A stretch of DNA of 64,000 nt from the human T2T-CHM13v2.0 reference genome, Homo sapiens. Of this stretch, positions 40,602 through 53,214 are shown piece by piece. The stretch lies in the NCBI RefSeq assembly GCF_009914755.1, contig NC_060931.1. One strand, written 5' to 3'. The translations under genes and the position numbers were made by a program. A model generated the notes under the pieces. It saw only the letters and a program-made list of their open reading frames with translations. It did no database searches and was not told the DNA's origin. The first letter of the stretch is position 1, and each line of letters starts with the position of its first letter.

Positions 40602-43600
40602 GGGAGAATGGAGGTTGGGCCTGCAGATGAAAAATGAGAGTGGTTATTCCCAAGTTTCAAGCTATTATCATGATGAGATGACAATACAAATATTCTAAGA
40701 TGCCCTCACTTACAGATAGCATGTGCTGGACTACATGTATGGGCTGTCAGAAAATATTCCTATTAGTGGTGGTTAAAATATTTCCTCTTTTTATACTGGG
40801 GTTGTTGCGGTGAAGAGTTCAAAATATATGAAGATTAGGAGGGAATTCAACTCAATTTATTCAACTCATGATTCTTTGCAGCTCATAATGGTAATATCAG
40901 ATAAATATTTATTGAATGAATAATTACTACTTATCAAACACTCGTTAGGTTCTAAGTTTGGGGTTTTGCTACATTATCCCTCTTCCTTAAAACAATCTGT
41001 CAAGTGGGTGCTATTATTAATAATACAATTATATAATTATTTACATAAAGCAATGGAGGTTTTGAAACAAATTAGGTGATTTATCTAACATAGGTTAAAA
41101 ATGGCTGAACTGGAATTTGAATCTAGCCCCTCTCTAACACCTGGGTTCTTGGACACAACACACCCTACCAACAAGTGCTGAGAGAAATTAGAGGAAGCCT
41201 GACTGCAGAGATGAGATAGGCCCAACAGAGAGCAGAAACATTCCTGTAAATGCTGCTATACTGAAGCCAGGAATCAGAGTATGTTGTTAATTGACACCTA
41301 TTGGTTAGAGCCACCTAGGTAGATACTTCAAATTCGCCCTTTTAGAATGGTTGGTACTTTGTCTTTGTACTAAGATCCAGTGACATTTGCCCCTAATTTA
41401 TCTTCGTGTGTTAGTTCTGTCTGGAAAGCTCCACAGTCACTGCATGACCCTTGAGGAGAGGATACCATTATTTATATTATTATTTTTCTCTGGTTCCTTT
41501 TGTTCTTTTAATCCAAACCTTTGTCATTGATGAGTCTGAGTATTTAGGAACAGCAGAGGGAAAAAAAGTTAACTTTGGTTTGAACACTTTTAATGCTGCA
41601 ACTCCATAAATAGTTAAGTGCCAGTTTGAAATAGTGTCTTTTGTGTTGCTCTGATGTCATACTGTCAATTATCATTATTTTGGACTTTATGATAATATAT
41701 ATCCAGCTAGCTGACATTAAACTTTGATTAATGTTTAGAATCAAATGCCTTTGGAAAAGTGAGTCTATGCCAAAAAATGGTGTAAATAAGATTTCAAGTG
41801 GGAACATTTACTTATTTAAGACAACAAACTAATTAAAAACTTGAGTAGTTATAAAAGCAAATAGCATTAGGTTGCAATCACTCTGTCCATACAGTTTATC
41901 TTATATATTAAAAACAGACCATTTTTATCCATTCACTAAAGTGAAGACTAACAGAAATTGGATAAGCTAGATCCAGTTACTGTCTAAACTTGAAGGTAAA
42001 CTATACTTATTTTTAACTAGTTCATTTTGTATTACTTCCTGAAGTACAAATGAGCTATTCACTGAGAATCTAGGGAAAATTCCAGATCTGTTAGCCAATT
42101 CAGCAGTCTGCACAGTGGTTGACTGATGGTGTTGATTGGTGTCTGCGAGATTTTGAGAGCTCTGAAAGTATCAAACAGAACAACACACACGAAAAAGTAG
42201 GGTATGGATTGGAAGACCTGGGAGTGTTTCTAACCCAAAGGACTTTCTATATACTTTAGTGTCTAAAAAATTCTTGGCCTTCTATAAAGCTGTCCCCAGC
42301 AGCAGATGAGGGTGGCCTTCTGCTAACTAGTTACCTTCCCCCGGGGTCCTAGTTGTAGTTCCAGATCAGAGATTGGAAAACTAGTTCAGATGACCTCCTA
42401 CTCAACAATGGATTTGAATTTAGAAACTTAGGTGCAAATGAATAATGATGTTTATTCCAAAAGAGAGTGTTTTTCCTAGTTTTGAAGATAAGTTGAAGAT
42501 TATAAAGGATGGACCTTCGAGTAGTCATCATTTACTACTGGGTGAATGTTTATCAGTGTTAGGGTCTGAAATTTTTACTTCCCTTTTCAGGCATTAGTCT
42601 GAAGCAGCCAGTGTATTTAAATAAGCCAGGTAGCACTTGATTGGCCTCTGGTGATTCTATTTAAGTCCATCCATCCTGGGTCAGATGATCTAGAGGTAAC
42701 TGCAGAAACAGATCTCCTGGTAATTGTTGCTAGCTGCAGAAATATTTTAACTGCTGGTTTTCTTTAAATTACGATTTACTCCATGGTAAAATGGTAAAGT
42801 TGGCACTCTTAATTCCAAATTTTGAATCTAAAGGTTAAGAAAAAATCAGGGTCTCAGATATAGAAGCTTTTGGAATAGGGAAGGATTTAAACCAAAGGTA
42901 ACTAGCTTTAGGTAATATAGAAAGACAGTTAAAAAAAATAACCCCAAAACAAGAACGACTCCCACCACCCACCACTGTTTTATTTCTTGGCTCACTCTAC
43001 TTTGTATGTGTGTGCACTTGTTCACATTTAAAATTACTCTCAAATGTATTCAAGTAATAACTTGATTTTAAAACTAGTCAGGGTGATTTTGGCATTTTGT
43101 TATAAGACAGTGTTATGTAAACTCTTATTGGGTAAGGCTTCAGAAAAGAGTGTTTTTTTCCCTTCTTTTAAATAGTCAGAACTAGCTTATTTGTGGAAAG
43201 AATGTAGCTTAATATTCTTAACTTGCTTTTGGATTTTCTGCTTGCGTGTCTGTACATTAAGAGTTGGTCATGCTTCTCAATTTAAGAAGGAAAAGTGTTT
43301 TCCTAACTTCAGCAAGATGTTAGGTAAATAGCCAACTTCATAAGAGAGCTTTATGCACTACTTGGATGGAAGCATCAGTATCAGATTATCTTTTATAAAG
43401 TTTTATAATTTGTTTCGTGCTGTGACACATGTTTAAAATACTCAGGATTCCTTCTGGCTTACATATCAAACTACAACAAAAATCCCTTTATTTGACTATA
43501 CTGAAAAAAACTTTCTAAATAACAAAATCTTACTAGCTCAATAAAATACTCTATCATCTGAGAGAAAGTGGAAAGGGCATGTTAATCTAGACAATATGAA

Positions 43601-43607
43601 AAATGTA

Positions 43608-43937
43608 GGCTGGACCTGGTGGCTCACGCCTGTAACCCCAAGCACTTTATGAGGCTGAAATGGGGAGATTGCTTGATCATAAGAGTTTGAGACTAGCTGA
43701 GGCAGTATGGTGAAACCTCATCTCTACCAAACAAAAACAACAACAACAAAACAAAAAACAAAAATTAACAGGATGTGATGGCATGGGCCTGTAGTCCCAG
43801 CTACGCCGGAGGCGGAGGTGGGAGGATCTTTTGAGGCCCGGAGGGGGCGGTTGCAGTGATCTGTGATCCTGCCACTGCATTCCAGCCTGGGAGATAGAGT
43901 GAGACCCCATCTCAAAAGAAAAGAAAAGAAAAGAAAG
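43608..43937 (+). mobile_element. Alu (AluJ-type) with (CAA)/(CAAAA) linker and (GAAAA)n tail
   Basis: ggctggacctggtggctcacgcctgtaa…gagaccccatctcaaaagaaaagaaaag. Confidence 0.9.
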
Positions 43938-45058
43938 ACGCAAATCTAAAGATGTCCCTGAGGGAGGCTCAGGTCACTACCTAAGGAGAAGTCAAAGAAG
44001 AATAAAGAAAAATGAAAAAGTCTGCTACGTTAAAAGTTCTGAAACATTTTCCTGTAAATGTCTATTTTTTTAAAATGGCAATATTAAGCTTCAGAAACAT
44101 TGGTTTAACATCTATATTTATTCTTCCAGCCAATCGATGCAGACTACTTCAGATGTGTATATCTATTACTTTTTTGTCTTTATTGATTTCTGGAACTCCC
44201 TCTCAATATTTATTTCTTTTTGTTGAAAATTTGTGTTTTGTCACATTAAGAAATCTTAAGATATCTGCTATCCACCCGTTTCAAATTAATTAATTTTTTT
44301 TCTCCTGGTTCATAATCCTCACAAAAATACTCAAAGTTAACCTGGCCCTATTTCAAACTCTGGCCAGAAGTGTCTGGGTTATTTTTAACTTAAGTATCCT
44401 TTGGAAGATAATTTTATAAACAAACCAAAAGTAGCCTTTGATAATAGAATGTGCATGAATTTGGGATGCAGGTAGAATTGGTTAAATTATTTAGACTGAG
44501 CTTTAGCTTTCTTATCTATAAATTGGAGGGAAATATACTAATTTCATAATGTTACAAGGATCAGATATTTAAAAAGTGCACATTCCACTAAAGCTCTTTG
44601 CACATGAGTGCACAATAAAGGACCACTATTTTTAAATCATAAGAATTTTACAATTTAGTCCTGAAAAAGAACAGAATGCTTACAAATAGAGTTGTTTTTG
44701 TTCATTTTCTAGGCACATGCTAGCTTGACTGAATTATTCTCCTTACCTAGTTTATGATAAGTCCTGGTTATCTATATATCTGAAAAAACCTTTATTTTGT
44801 TTGTTACCTTTGCACTGCCTAATTTGAGAAGTGGCTTTGAAAAATATGTGATAGTCCATTCTCTTTCAAAGTATAGAAGCCTAGCATGCTTTCAATAGTT
44901 CTGAATGAATTGTTGTGTTTAGGCAATGGTTATTTGACTCTTCAAAATTAAGTGCATCCTCAAATTGTTTTGTCATATGGCTGTGCCGTTAGAGGTAGTC
45001 ATCTTTCAGGTTGACTTAAAAGTTTGTCTCTCACTGTCTCTCTTACTCTCCATCAGAT

Positions 45059-45616
45059 TGTGTTTTCTCAATAGCTTGCAACAATATCCTTCATTTCACA
45101 TGCTCCTCTTTCAATGTGACGTTGACACTCCTTCCATTTGAAATGTGGGTTTCTTGTGTCCTCCTTATAAATCTGGTGGTACTGTGTGACACTATGTGAC
45201 TTCCAACACAAGGTCATAAAAGCAATAAGACTTCTGCCTGGCTCTCTTGGGATGTCTGCTCTTGGAACCCAGCTGCCATGCTGTGAGAACCGAAACTAGT
45301 CCACATTGGGAGACCACATGGAGAATACACAGGTATGTTTTCTGGCTGACAGACCAGCTGAGGTCCCTGCTGACAGCCAGCATCAACTGCCAGACATGTT
45401 AGTGAAGACTGCTGGAGATGATTCTAATCCTCAGCCGTTGAGTCACACCGTCCTCTCCTTGCCTTCAAGTCTTCCCAGCTGAGGCCTCTGACATCAGGAG
45501 CTGTGCTCTGTGTGAAATACTGACCCACAAAAATCAGTGAACATTAAAAAATCGCTCTTTTAAGATACAGAACTGTGTTTAGAGATGGTTTGTTACTTAG
45601 CTGTAGATCTGGAACA
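45059..45616 (+). mobile_element. MLT1H-like MaLR solo LTR
   Basis: cttggaacccagctgccatgctgtgag…gacagccagcatcaactgccagacatg…tggtttgttacttagctgtagatctggaaca. Confidence 0.78.
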
Positions 45617-46049
45617 CTTTCTTTTCCTTTTCTCTGTTCCTCCTTCCACGGGCATGTCAATGGAACTTAATTCTGCATTACTGAGATGCATATTTTGAAT
45701 AGACGTGCAGTGATCAAAATGGCTTGCCTTTTCTCAGAGCATGCTATGTGCTAGGCACCATTCGTTGTGAACACTGTATATATATATTTAAATCTTCCAA
45801 TAATACGACAAGAGTACTACTATTACCTGTATTATTTTCCCTACCTACAAATGAACAAACTGAGTCATGAAGAATTTGTATAACTTGTCAATGTCAAATA
45901 TCTATTAAGCTTTGGCTCCAAAACCCTCACTTGAACATTGTAAGGTATAGAGGTAAGTGAAAATAATATTAAAATTCCAGGCAGGGAGAGTTCAGTTTAC
46001 TTTTTAGGTGTATAGATTGAAAATGTTAAATTCCAAATATACTAAAAAC

Positions 46050-46335
46050 TTTATTTATTTATTTATTTTGAGATAGGGTCTCACTCTGTCGCCCAGGCTG
46101 GAGTGCAGTGGCACGATCTCAGGTCATTGCAACCTCCACCCGCCCCGGGCTCAAGTGAGCCTTCCACCTCAGCCTCCCAAGTAGCTGGGACTACAGGTAT
46201 GTGGCACCATGCCCAGCTGTTTTTTAAAAGAAACATTCTGTAGACACGGGGTTCTGCCATGTTGCCCTGCCTGGTCTCCAACACCTTGGTTCAAGTGATC
46301 CACCCCTGTGGCCTCCCAAAGTGTTAGAGTTACAG
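46050..46335 (-). mobile_element. Alu (AluJ-type)
   Basis: (ttta)n gagatagggtctcactctgtcgcccaggctgg…gcctcccaaagtgtt. Confidence 0.9.
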
Positions 46336-46467
46336 TTGTATCCCTTTTTTTTAGTAGCTTAACAGTTTAGTAACTTAATCCACAGTTTCTGGGATCCAGG
46401 AAACTGTGAATTAGTAAATCTAAGCTTAGAAATCAAGATTAGCTTTCAGTTCTGTCTTTTACAATTA

Positions 46468-46640
46468 TATTTCTTCTATCCTCAGATGCACATTTTTTTC
46501 AACATTTTGCCAACTCTGAAATGAGAATGCCTTTTACAATTGGTCATGTTTCATCATCGAATTTAAGTCATTTTTGGTGTTATATATAAAATAATGATCC
46601 TTCTTACAATAGATGCTGTCTTATTTTGGTAAAATGCATA
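46468..46640. mobile_element. MER104-like Tc2/Kanga MITE
   Basis: agatgcacatttttttcaacattt…ctctgaaatgagaatgccttttacaat…cttacaatagatgctgtctta. Confidence 0.55.
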
Positions 46641-49459
46641 TATTATACATTTTTAACCTATCTGACATATACTATTGTTGCAACAATGGCATGCATAGAT
46701 AAGGACAGGACAAATAATTCAAGAACCCTCCTAAGTCATTGCTGCAATGTTAAACTGAATAGTGAAAGAGTGTCAGAGATCTAGCAGGCTCTAAAATAAG
46801 GCCAGTGTTAGCATCCATTGTTACCTCGAAAGTATATGTATGAAAGCCCATTTCCCTCGGGTAATTGTCTTCACATACAGACACTTGGGAATCAATATTT
46901 AACAAAGTCACTGCTAGAATTAGGTTTCACAGGGATACAGCCCAAACCCAGCCCAATTTACTTGGGGAACTGCTGGTGTTGCCAATTAGTCTATTCTTCC
47001 GTACATAAAGGCAGCTCCTGCATCAAAGTTCTCTGGTACCTCATTTTATTCTGACATTTTTCTTGTAATATTTTTTCCTAAATTGATTATCTTATATTTA
47101 GCTTTTTCCAAAATATCAGAGTACCTTGCAAGCTTTCGTATCAACTTACAGTTTTTTTCATCATTGGTAGTGGTGAAAGTGCTAAACATTGCTGATTCTT
47201 GTTTTCATCCACCGTATCCAATTTTCAGAGTTCAGTCATGTTCCTACAGGTTTAACTTAGTGATTTTCATGTGTTTAGTGATTTTCATGTGCTGGATCGG
47301 GCCAGTTCAAGGTCCTGATTTTCATTAAAAGAATGATCACATTGTAATAAGAGTTGGGATTCTTTTAGGTAGTGCTTATAAAAGGAAAGCATTGTAGTGA
47401 CCAACCAGGTAGTAAATGGTTGATCTACTGGGGCCATTGTAGCCATAATCCCTGACTCAATAGCTCCACATCTTTTGGTTTACATTCTTTCTTTTAGTCA
47501 GGCTGTTGCTCTTACAACTGACTTTCTGGTCCGCTGAGGAAGAAAGGTTTCAAGAGATTGGTTCTATACTCCTCTGAGAATTTCCTTTTGTTTCGAAGGG
47601 AAAAACAGCAAGTAACTGTTTTTAGATTAAATGAAGCATCTATTTCAGTTCGTAATGTATAAATTGTAGTAATTAAAGGTAGAATGACTTTTTAAGTAAT
47701 TATATTGCATGCGATACAATCCCAAAGAGATGTAGTGCTTTCTAAGACTACCTGGTTAGATGGTTGGTGTGTACAACTGCCAGGGTTTACTAAAGCCAAA
47801 GAGGCAGTGTTCTGAGTTTAGATGAGAGAACAAAAGGAACTAGTCGTTTGAAGAGCTGCCTGGGAAAAAGTGTTTCAGGCAGGAGCAGCAAGTGCAAATA
47901 ATCTGAGGTAGGAAAGAGATTCTCAGCGTGATAGAACAAAGTAAGCAGCCGGTGTCCCTGACATCCCAAGTAAGCAAGAGAGAGATTGATACTCAACTGA
48001 TGGAGAGAAGAGCAGGGAAACAGAAATGGATCATAAGCATTTGACCTGCTAGGAATCATTGATATTGTTAGTTGCCTCCTTAACCTCCGTTTTCCTCTAT
48101 TTGATGTTCCCTACTTTTTGAGTTTTACCTTCCTTTATGCATTGGTCATGTACTTCAAGAGGAAGCTGACTGCTCTCCATTTCCATGATTGGGTCCTGGT
48201 TGGCTTGGGCCTATCAGCGTATTTCAACTCCATGGTCAAGACATTGTTTCCAGGGAAAACTAGAGGACCCTTTCTCCTTCCTTTTGGACATGAAAACAAC
48301 TTGTTGTCCTGATTGCATTTTGTAGACATCTTATGAGCTGTCATTGGGAGAAATTCAACATTGTGGATGGTAGAAGAAAGTAGAAAACGGGACTTTGATG
48401 ACAATTTTGAGCTCTGGATTTTTAAAATATAAGTTAATAAATGTCCTTCATTGTTTAAGCCAACTTGATTTGGATTTCCTTGTTTTGGCCTGTAGAGTCA
48501 CAGTCCATTGAAAAGTAATGGTTTTATGCCAGGGAATGGCATTGCCCTTGTGCCATTTTTAAAAAGTTTATTCTAGTTTAAATAATAAAGGTATCTATTG
48601 ACTCACAAAGGGAAAAACCAGAGCATGGAGAAAGGGTAAGATGTCATTGTAGTAATGTATGTAAGGGAGTAGTGATTAAACCTAGGCTAGTGACATTGCA
48701 AATAGAGAAAAACACATATAGAAAAAAATATATTTTGGCACTAGCACCAACAGGACTTGTTAAAGGGTTGTTTTTAGGAAACGAGGAATACAAATAATCA
48801 TGGATGACCTCCCCAAAACTGTAGGAAGGTTTTGGTTTAAAAAATTAAGATGATGCCATTTACTGAAATGGGAGTAGCTGGTTTGGGCATGGGTGGAAAA
48901 CAAGGATTTCAGTTCCCGATATGTTAAAGTGTAAAAGAACTGTTTTTCTTTGATGAGGATATGCCAATTATATAGTTTTATATATGAGTGTGTGACTCAG
49001 TGGAGAAATCAAGGCTGAAGATATGGTTTGCGAGACATCAACATGTAATTGGGTTTTAAATAAATGAAATGAGATGAAGTAATCCATGGAGAGATTGTAG
49101 ATAAAGAGTTAAGGAGAGCCTGGGATAGAGCTCATGCACTTCAAAGTTTGGAGGTTGACTAGAAGAGCTTGGGACGAGATTAGGGAAAATTGGCCAGAAA
49201 GGCAGTTGGGAAATGGAGGATGGAGAGTTACAGTAACAAAAAGAGGAATTGTTTCAAGAGGGGTATTAACACTGTGGAATCCTGATGATAGTTTGAGTAG
49301 GGAGTGAAAGATATGTATATAATCAAAGAATAATTTAATCATGTTTTATATTTAAGACAGATATGTTCTAATATCTATGCTTTGAAGATAATATTTCATG
49401 AATGATGAATCATAATTAAGCAGAATGTCATTTATATGTCCATATATTTCAGAGAAAAA

Positions 49460-49490
<31 letters not shown>

Positions 49491-51447
49491 AGTAAGCAGA
49501 ACATTTTACCAAAGTAATGATTCTAATTCAACTAACTCTCAGGCACTATAAGGCTCTATCCAATAAAAAGAATTGAAAATATTCCCATATTTACTTGCAG
49601 TTCTCAAAGAACATTAATGGAGATCTATGCCATAGTTCATAGCCTTATTTCTCTTAAGTGTCTTTCCTTTTCTCCTTTAATTCTCTCAAATTTGTAGAAG
49701 AGAGAGGGGAGAGGGGAACAATGAATGTGTGTGTATACACGTGTGTGTCTGTTTGTCCCTAATATTTTTCCCACATCTCTTGCAGATACCCATCTCTTTT
49801 GTTTCTCTTTTATTCCACCTTCCCCCATGTCTTACCACACTGCCATCTCCCCGTGGTTGCTGAGATTTTTGGTCCTAGTGCCAGCCATTGGAGACCATTC
49901 TCGGAGGATTAAAAGACCCAATTATTTCTCTGGACTTTCCTCCTGGAGGGAAATGCAAGAAGTTCCTTGGAAAGTGTGTATTCTTCTTTCACTCTGATTG
50001 ATGTTTCCTTGTAGAGAAACTCAGAGGAATCAAATTATCTTTCTTCTTAAATCTAATTTGCTAGCTCTGTTGGATGAGAGAGTTTAGGGTTCAAATGGCT
50101 TCTCTTTTTGGGGGAATATTCATTTTAAATAAATTTTCTTACTCATTAATTCCAAAAGTCAAAATGCCAAATTTTAGAGGACTTAAAACATTCACTGAAT
50201 TTGTGAAATAGTTTTTCATTCCAGTGATTTAATCTTGCTTTTCTTCTGTTGCTGCTTTGGAGAAGGTTAATGTGCTTCCCATAATGTCATCACTCTGTTG
50301 AAATCCATCTGTCCCATAGCTCGGCAGTGGTGCAGCCCTTTCAAGTTCTGCAGGGAAACAAGATCAAATAAAAATATCCAGCTCTTCGACAAGTATATGA
50401 AAAACAAAAAGAAAAAGCCCGTAAAGAAGAGACAGAGCAGATACCCTTGCCCTAAAGGTGTAATGTGAAACTAATGTTTTGTTAAACCTGTTGAGCATTA
50501 CTCAGATTTCTTCATGAGTACATTCACACCTGGGGGAAAAAAATGACCCCTGTCATACTATGGAAAGAAACAACAGAAATTACTAGAGGAAGGAAAGTAG
50601 ATAGGCTCCATTTTCTGGTTCCAGTTGGAAATTTAACTTGAATCTTTTTGTTAGAGCTAAAATATGCTTATACTGTACATTTTTAAGAGTTCTCTCAATG
50701 GGAGAAACATAGCAGTTCCTGAATATAACTCATTATGCTTGTGCCTTCCAAACATTTTCTTTCATTTTTCAGGGCAGGTTTGAAGCAGAAGAAAAAGGAA
50801 AGATAGGAGTCGCGGCTTATTCACTCACTTCCTATAATGTTTAAATGCTGAGGTGTCCTAAAACTTCTGATATTCTTTGGAAGCTAAGCTGAAGAATTTT
50901 TTTTTATTTATTCTGGTCCAGTGCAAATATTTGTCCATTGAGCAATATACGGCACATTAGAATCATAAATCCACCATCTGCTTAAAATGAGCCAACACCC
51001 ACCTGTAAGGAGACGGTTACAGGCTGGTATCGTGTTCCTCTAGTGCTTAAGTGAAGGCCACTGACGCTGTGGGGCCCTGCTTTGTTTGAGCTGCCCTGTG
51101 CTAAGATTGCCTGATAAAATTCCAAAAGGGTGTGTACGTTTGCTGCAACCCACAAAGATTACTTTCAGGTTCCCTTGGAGAAATCTTTTCACAGTAATGG
51201 GGGCAGAAAGAGGCCAAAATGCCATCAGCTTTGGATATGTGGGTGCATTTGTGGATTCTCTGCTCTGATGTTCTAGTGCAAGGAATGAAATGAATGAATA
51301 GACATTTGGCATTCCGCGGTTATGTCAGCAGGCATGACTGCTGTCACATTAACTGAGCAAGAAAGGGATCTTCATCACCTTACTCCTAGCAAGTACTGAA
51401 AGCAGGGTAGAAAAAAAGACACTCTGCTCATAGTAGTTTATCTTTTA

Positions 51448-51574
51448 CTTTTTATTGATTTATTTAATTTATTTTTTGAGATGGACCCTCACTCTGTCTC
51501 CCAGGCTGGAGTGCAGTGGCGTGATCTCGGCTCACTGCAACCTCTGCTCCCCCGGTCTCAAGCCATCCTCATGC
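51448..51574 (-). mobile_element. 5'-truncated Alu right-arm insertion with 14-bp TSD
   Basis: TSD tagtttatctttta at 51434-51447 and 51575-51588. Confidence 0.88.
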
Positions 51575-51767
51575 TAGTTTATCTTTTAAATGACCGTAAG
51601 TCCCCATTTTAAACTGACAGACATTCGACTGATACTATACCTTAGAATTCTCCCTGAAATATTTGTTCTTGCCACTCAACAGGAAGCTTATAGAATCTGG
51701 AAAATGAATTTGTAGTGGGGGCTTGTTCTCTGAAGTAGCTATTATCGCTTTTAAAAGAAGCCCTCCT

Positions 51768-52073
<306 letters not shown>

Positions 52074-53214
52074 AGGCTCTTTAGAGGACAAAAGTTTCAG
52101 ATTCACCATAACACATCAAGCGTTCCGCTGAAGGGCTTGCCTCTGAGATTATTCTTTGGGAAAACCCTAATACAAAATGAAGGCAAGAAATCCACTAGTT
52201 ATCGTATTTTAGATTTTGAAAGTTGGTTGTCTAAGACTCCTGGGTGATTTAGACAAATTTCTACATGTTATTTGCCGAATCTAGGTATGAAAGCAAATCA
52301 AGCAAAACCTGTTCGTTTGAGGTATAGTGCTTTAGTCTGCAATTTTTTATTATTTTAGATTCAGGGGGTACATGTGCAGATTTGCTACATGGGTAACGTT
52401 GCATGATGCAGAGGTTTTGGCTTTTAATGATCCCATCATTCAAGTAGCAAACGTAGTACCCCATAGACAGTTTTTCAATCCTTGCCTCTCTTACCTTTTG
52501 GAGTCCTCAGCATCTATTGTTCCTATCTTTAAATCCATGTGTACCCAATATTTAGCTCCCACTTATAAGTGAGAACACACAATATTTGGTTTTCTGTTTC
52601 TGTATAAATTTGCTCAGGATGACAGACTCTAGTTGCATCTATGTTGCTACAAAGGACATGATTTGTTCTTTTTTATGGTTGTTTTTTATGGTTGTGTAGT
52701 ATTCTATGGTGTGTATGTACCACATTTTCTTTACTCAATCCACTGTTAATGAGCACCTGGATTGATTCCATGTCTTTGCTATTGTGAATAGTGCTGTGAT
52801 GAACATATGAGTGCAGATGTCTTTTTGGTAGTAGATTTATTCTCCTATGGGTATATACCCAGTAATAGGATTTGCTGGGTCACAAGGTAATTCCATTTTT
52901 AGTTCTTTAAGAAATCTCCAAACTGCTTTTCACAGTAGCTGAACTCATTTGCATTCCCACCAACAGTGTATAAACTGTCCCTTTTTTCCAAAGCTTCAGC
53001 CACATCTGTTATTTTTTGACTTTTTAAAAATAGCCATTCTGACTGGTGTGAGATGGTATCTCATTGTGGTTATGACTTGCATCTCTCTTATGATTCGTGA
53101 TATTGAATATTTTTTCATATTTTTGCTGGCCGCTTGTATGTCTTCTTTTGAGAAGTGTTTGTTCTGTTCATGTCCTTTGCCCACTTTGTAATGGAGTTTT
53201 TTTTTTTTTTTCTT

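Noticed and set aside
49760-50780. Strong plus-strand acceptor-like sites (…ctcttgcag at ~49786, …tttttcag at ~50772)
   Set aside because: No matching donors or coherent exon chain supportable from sequence alone
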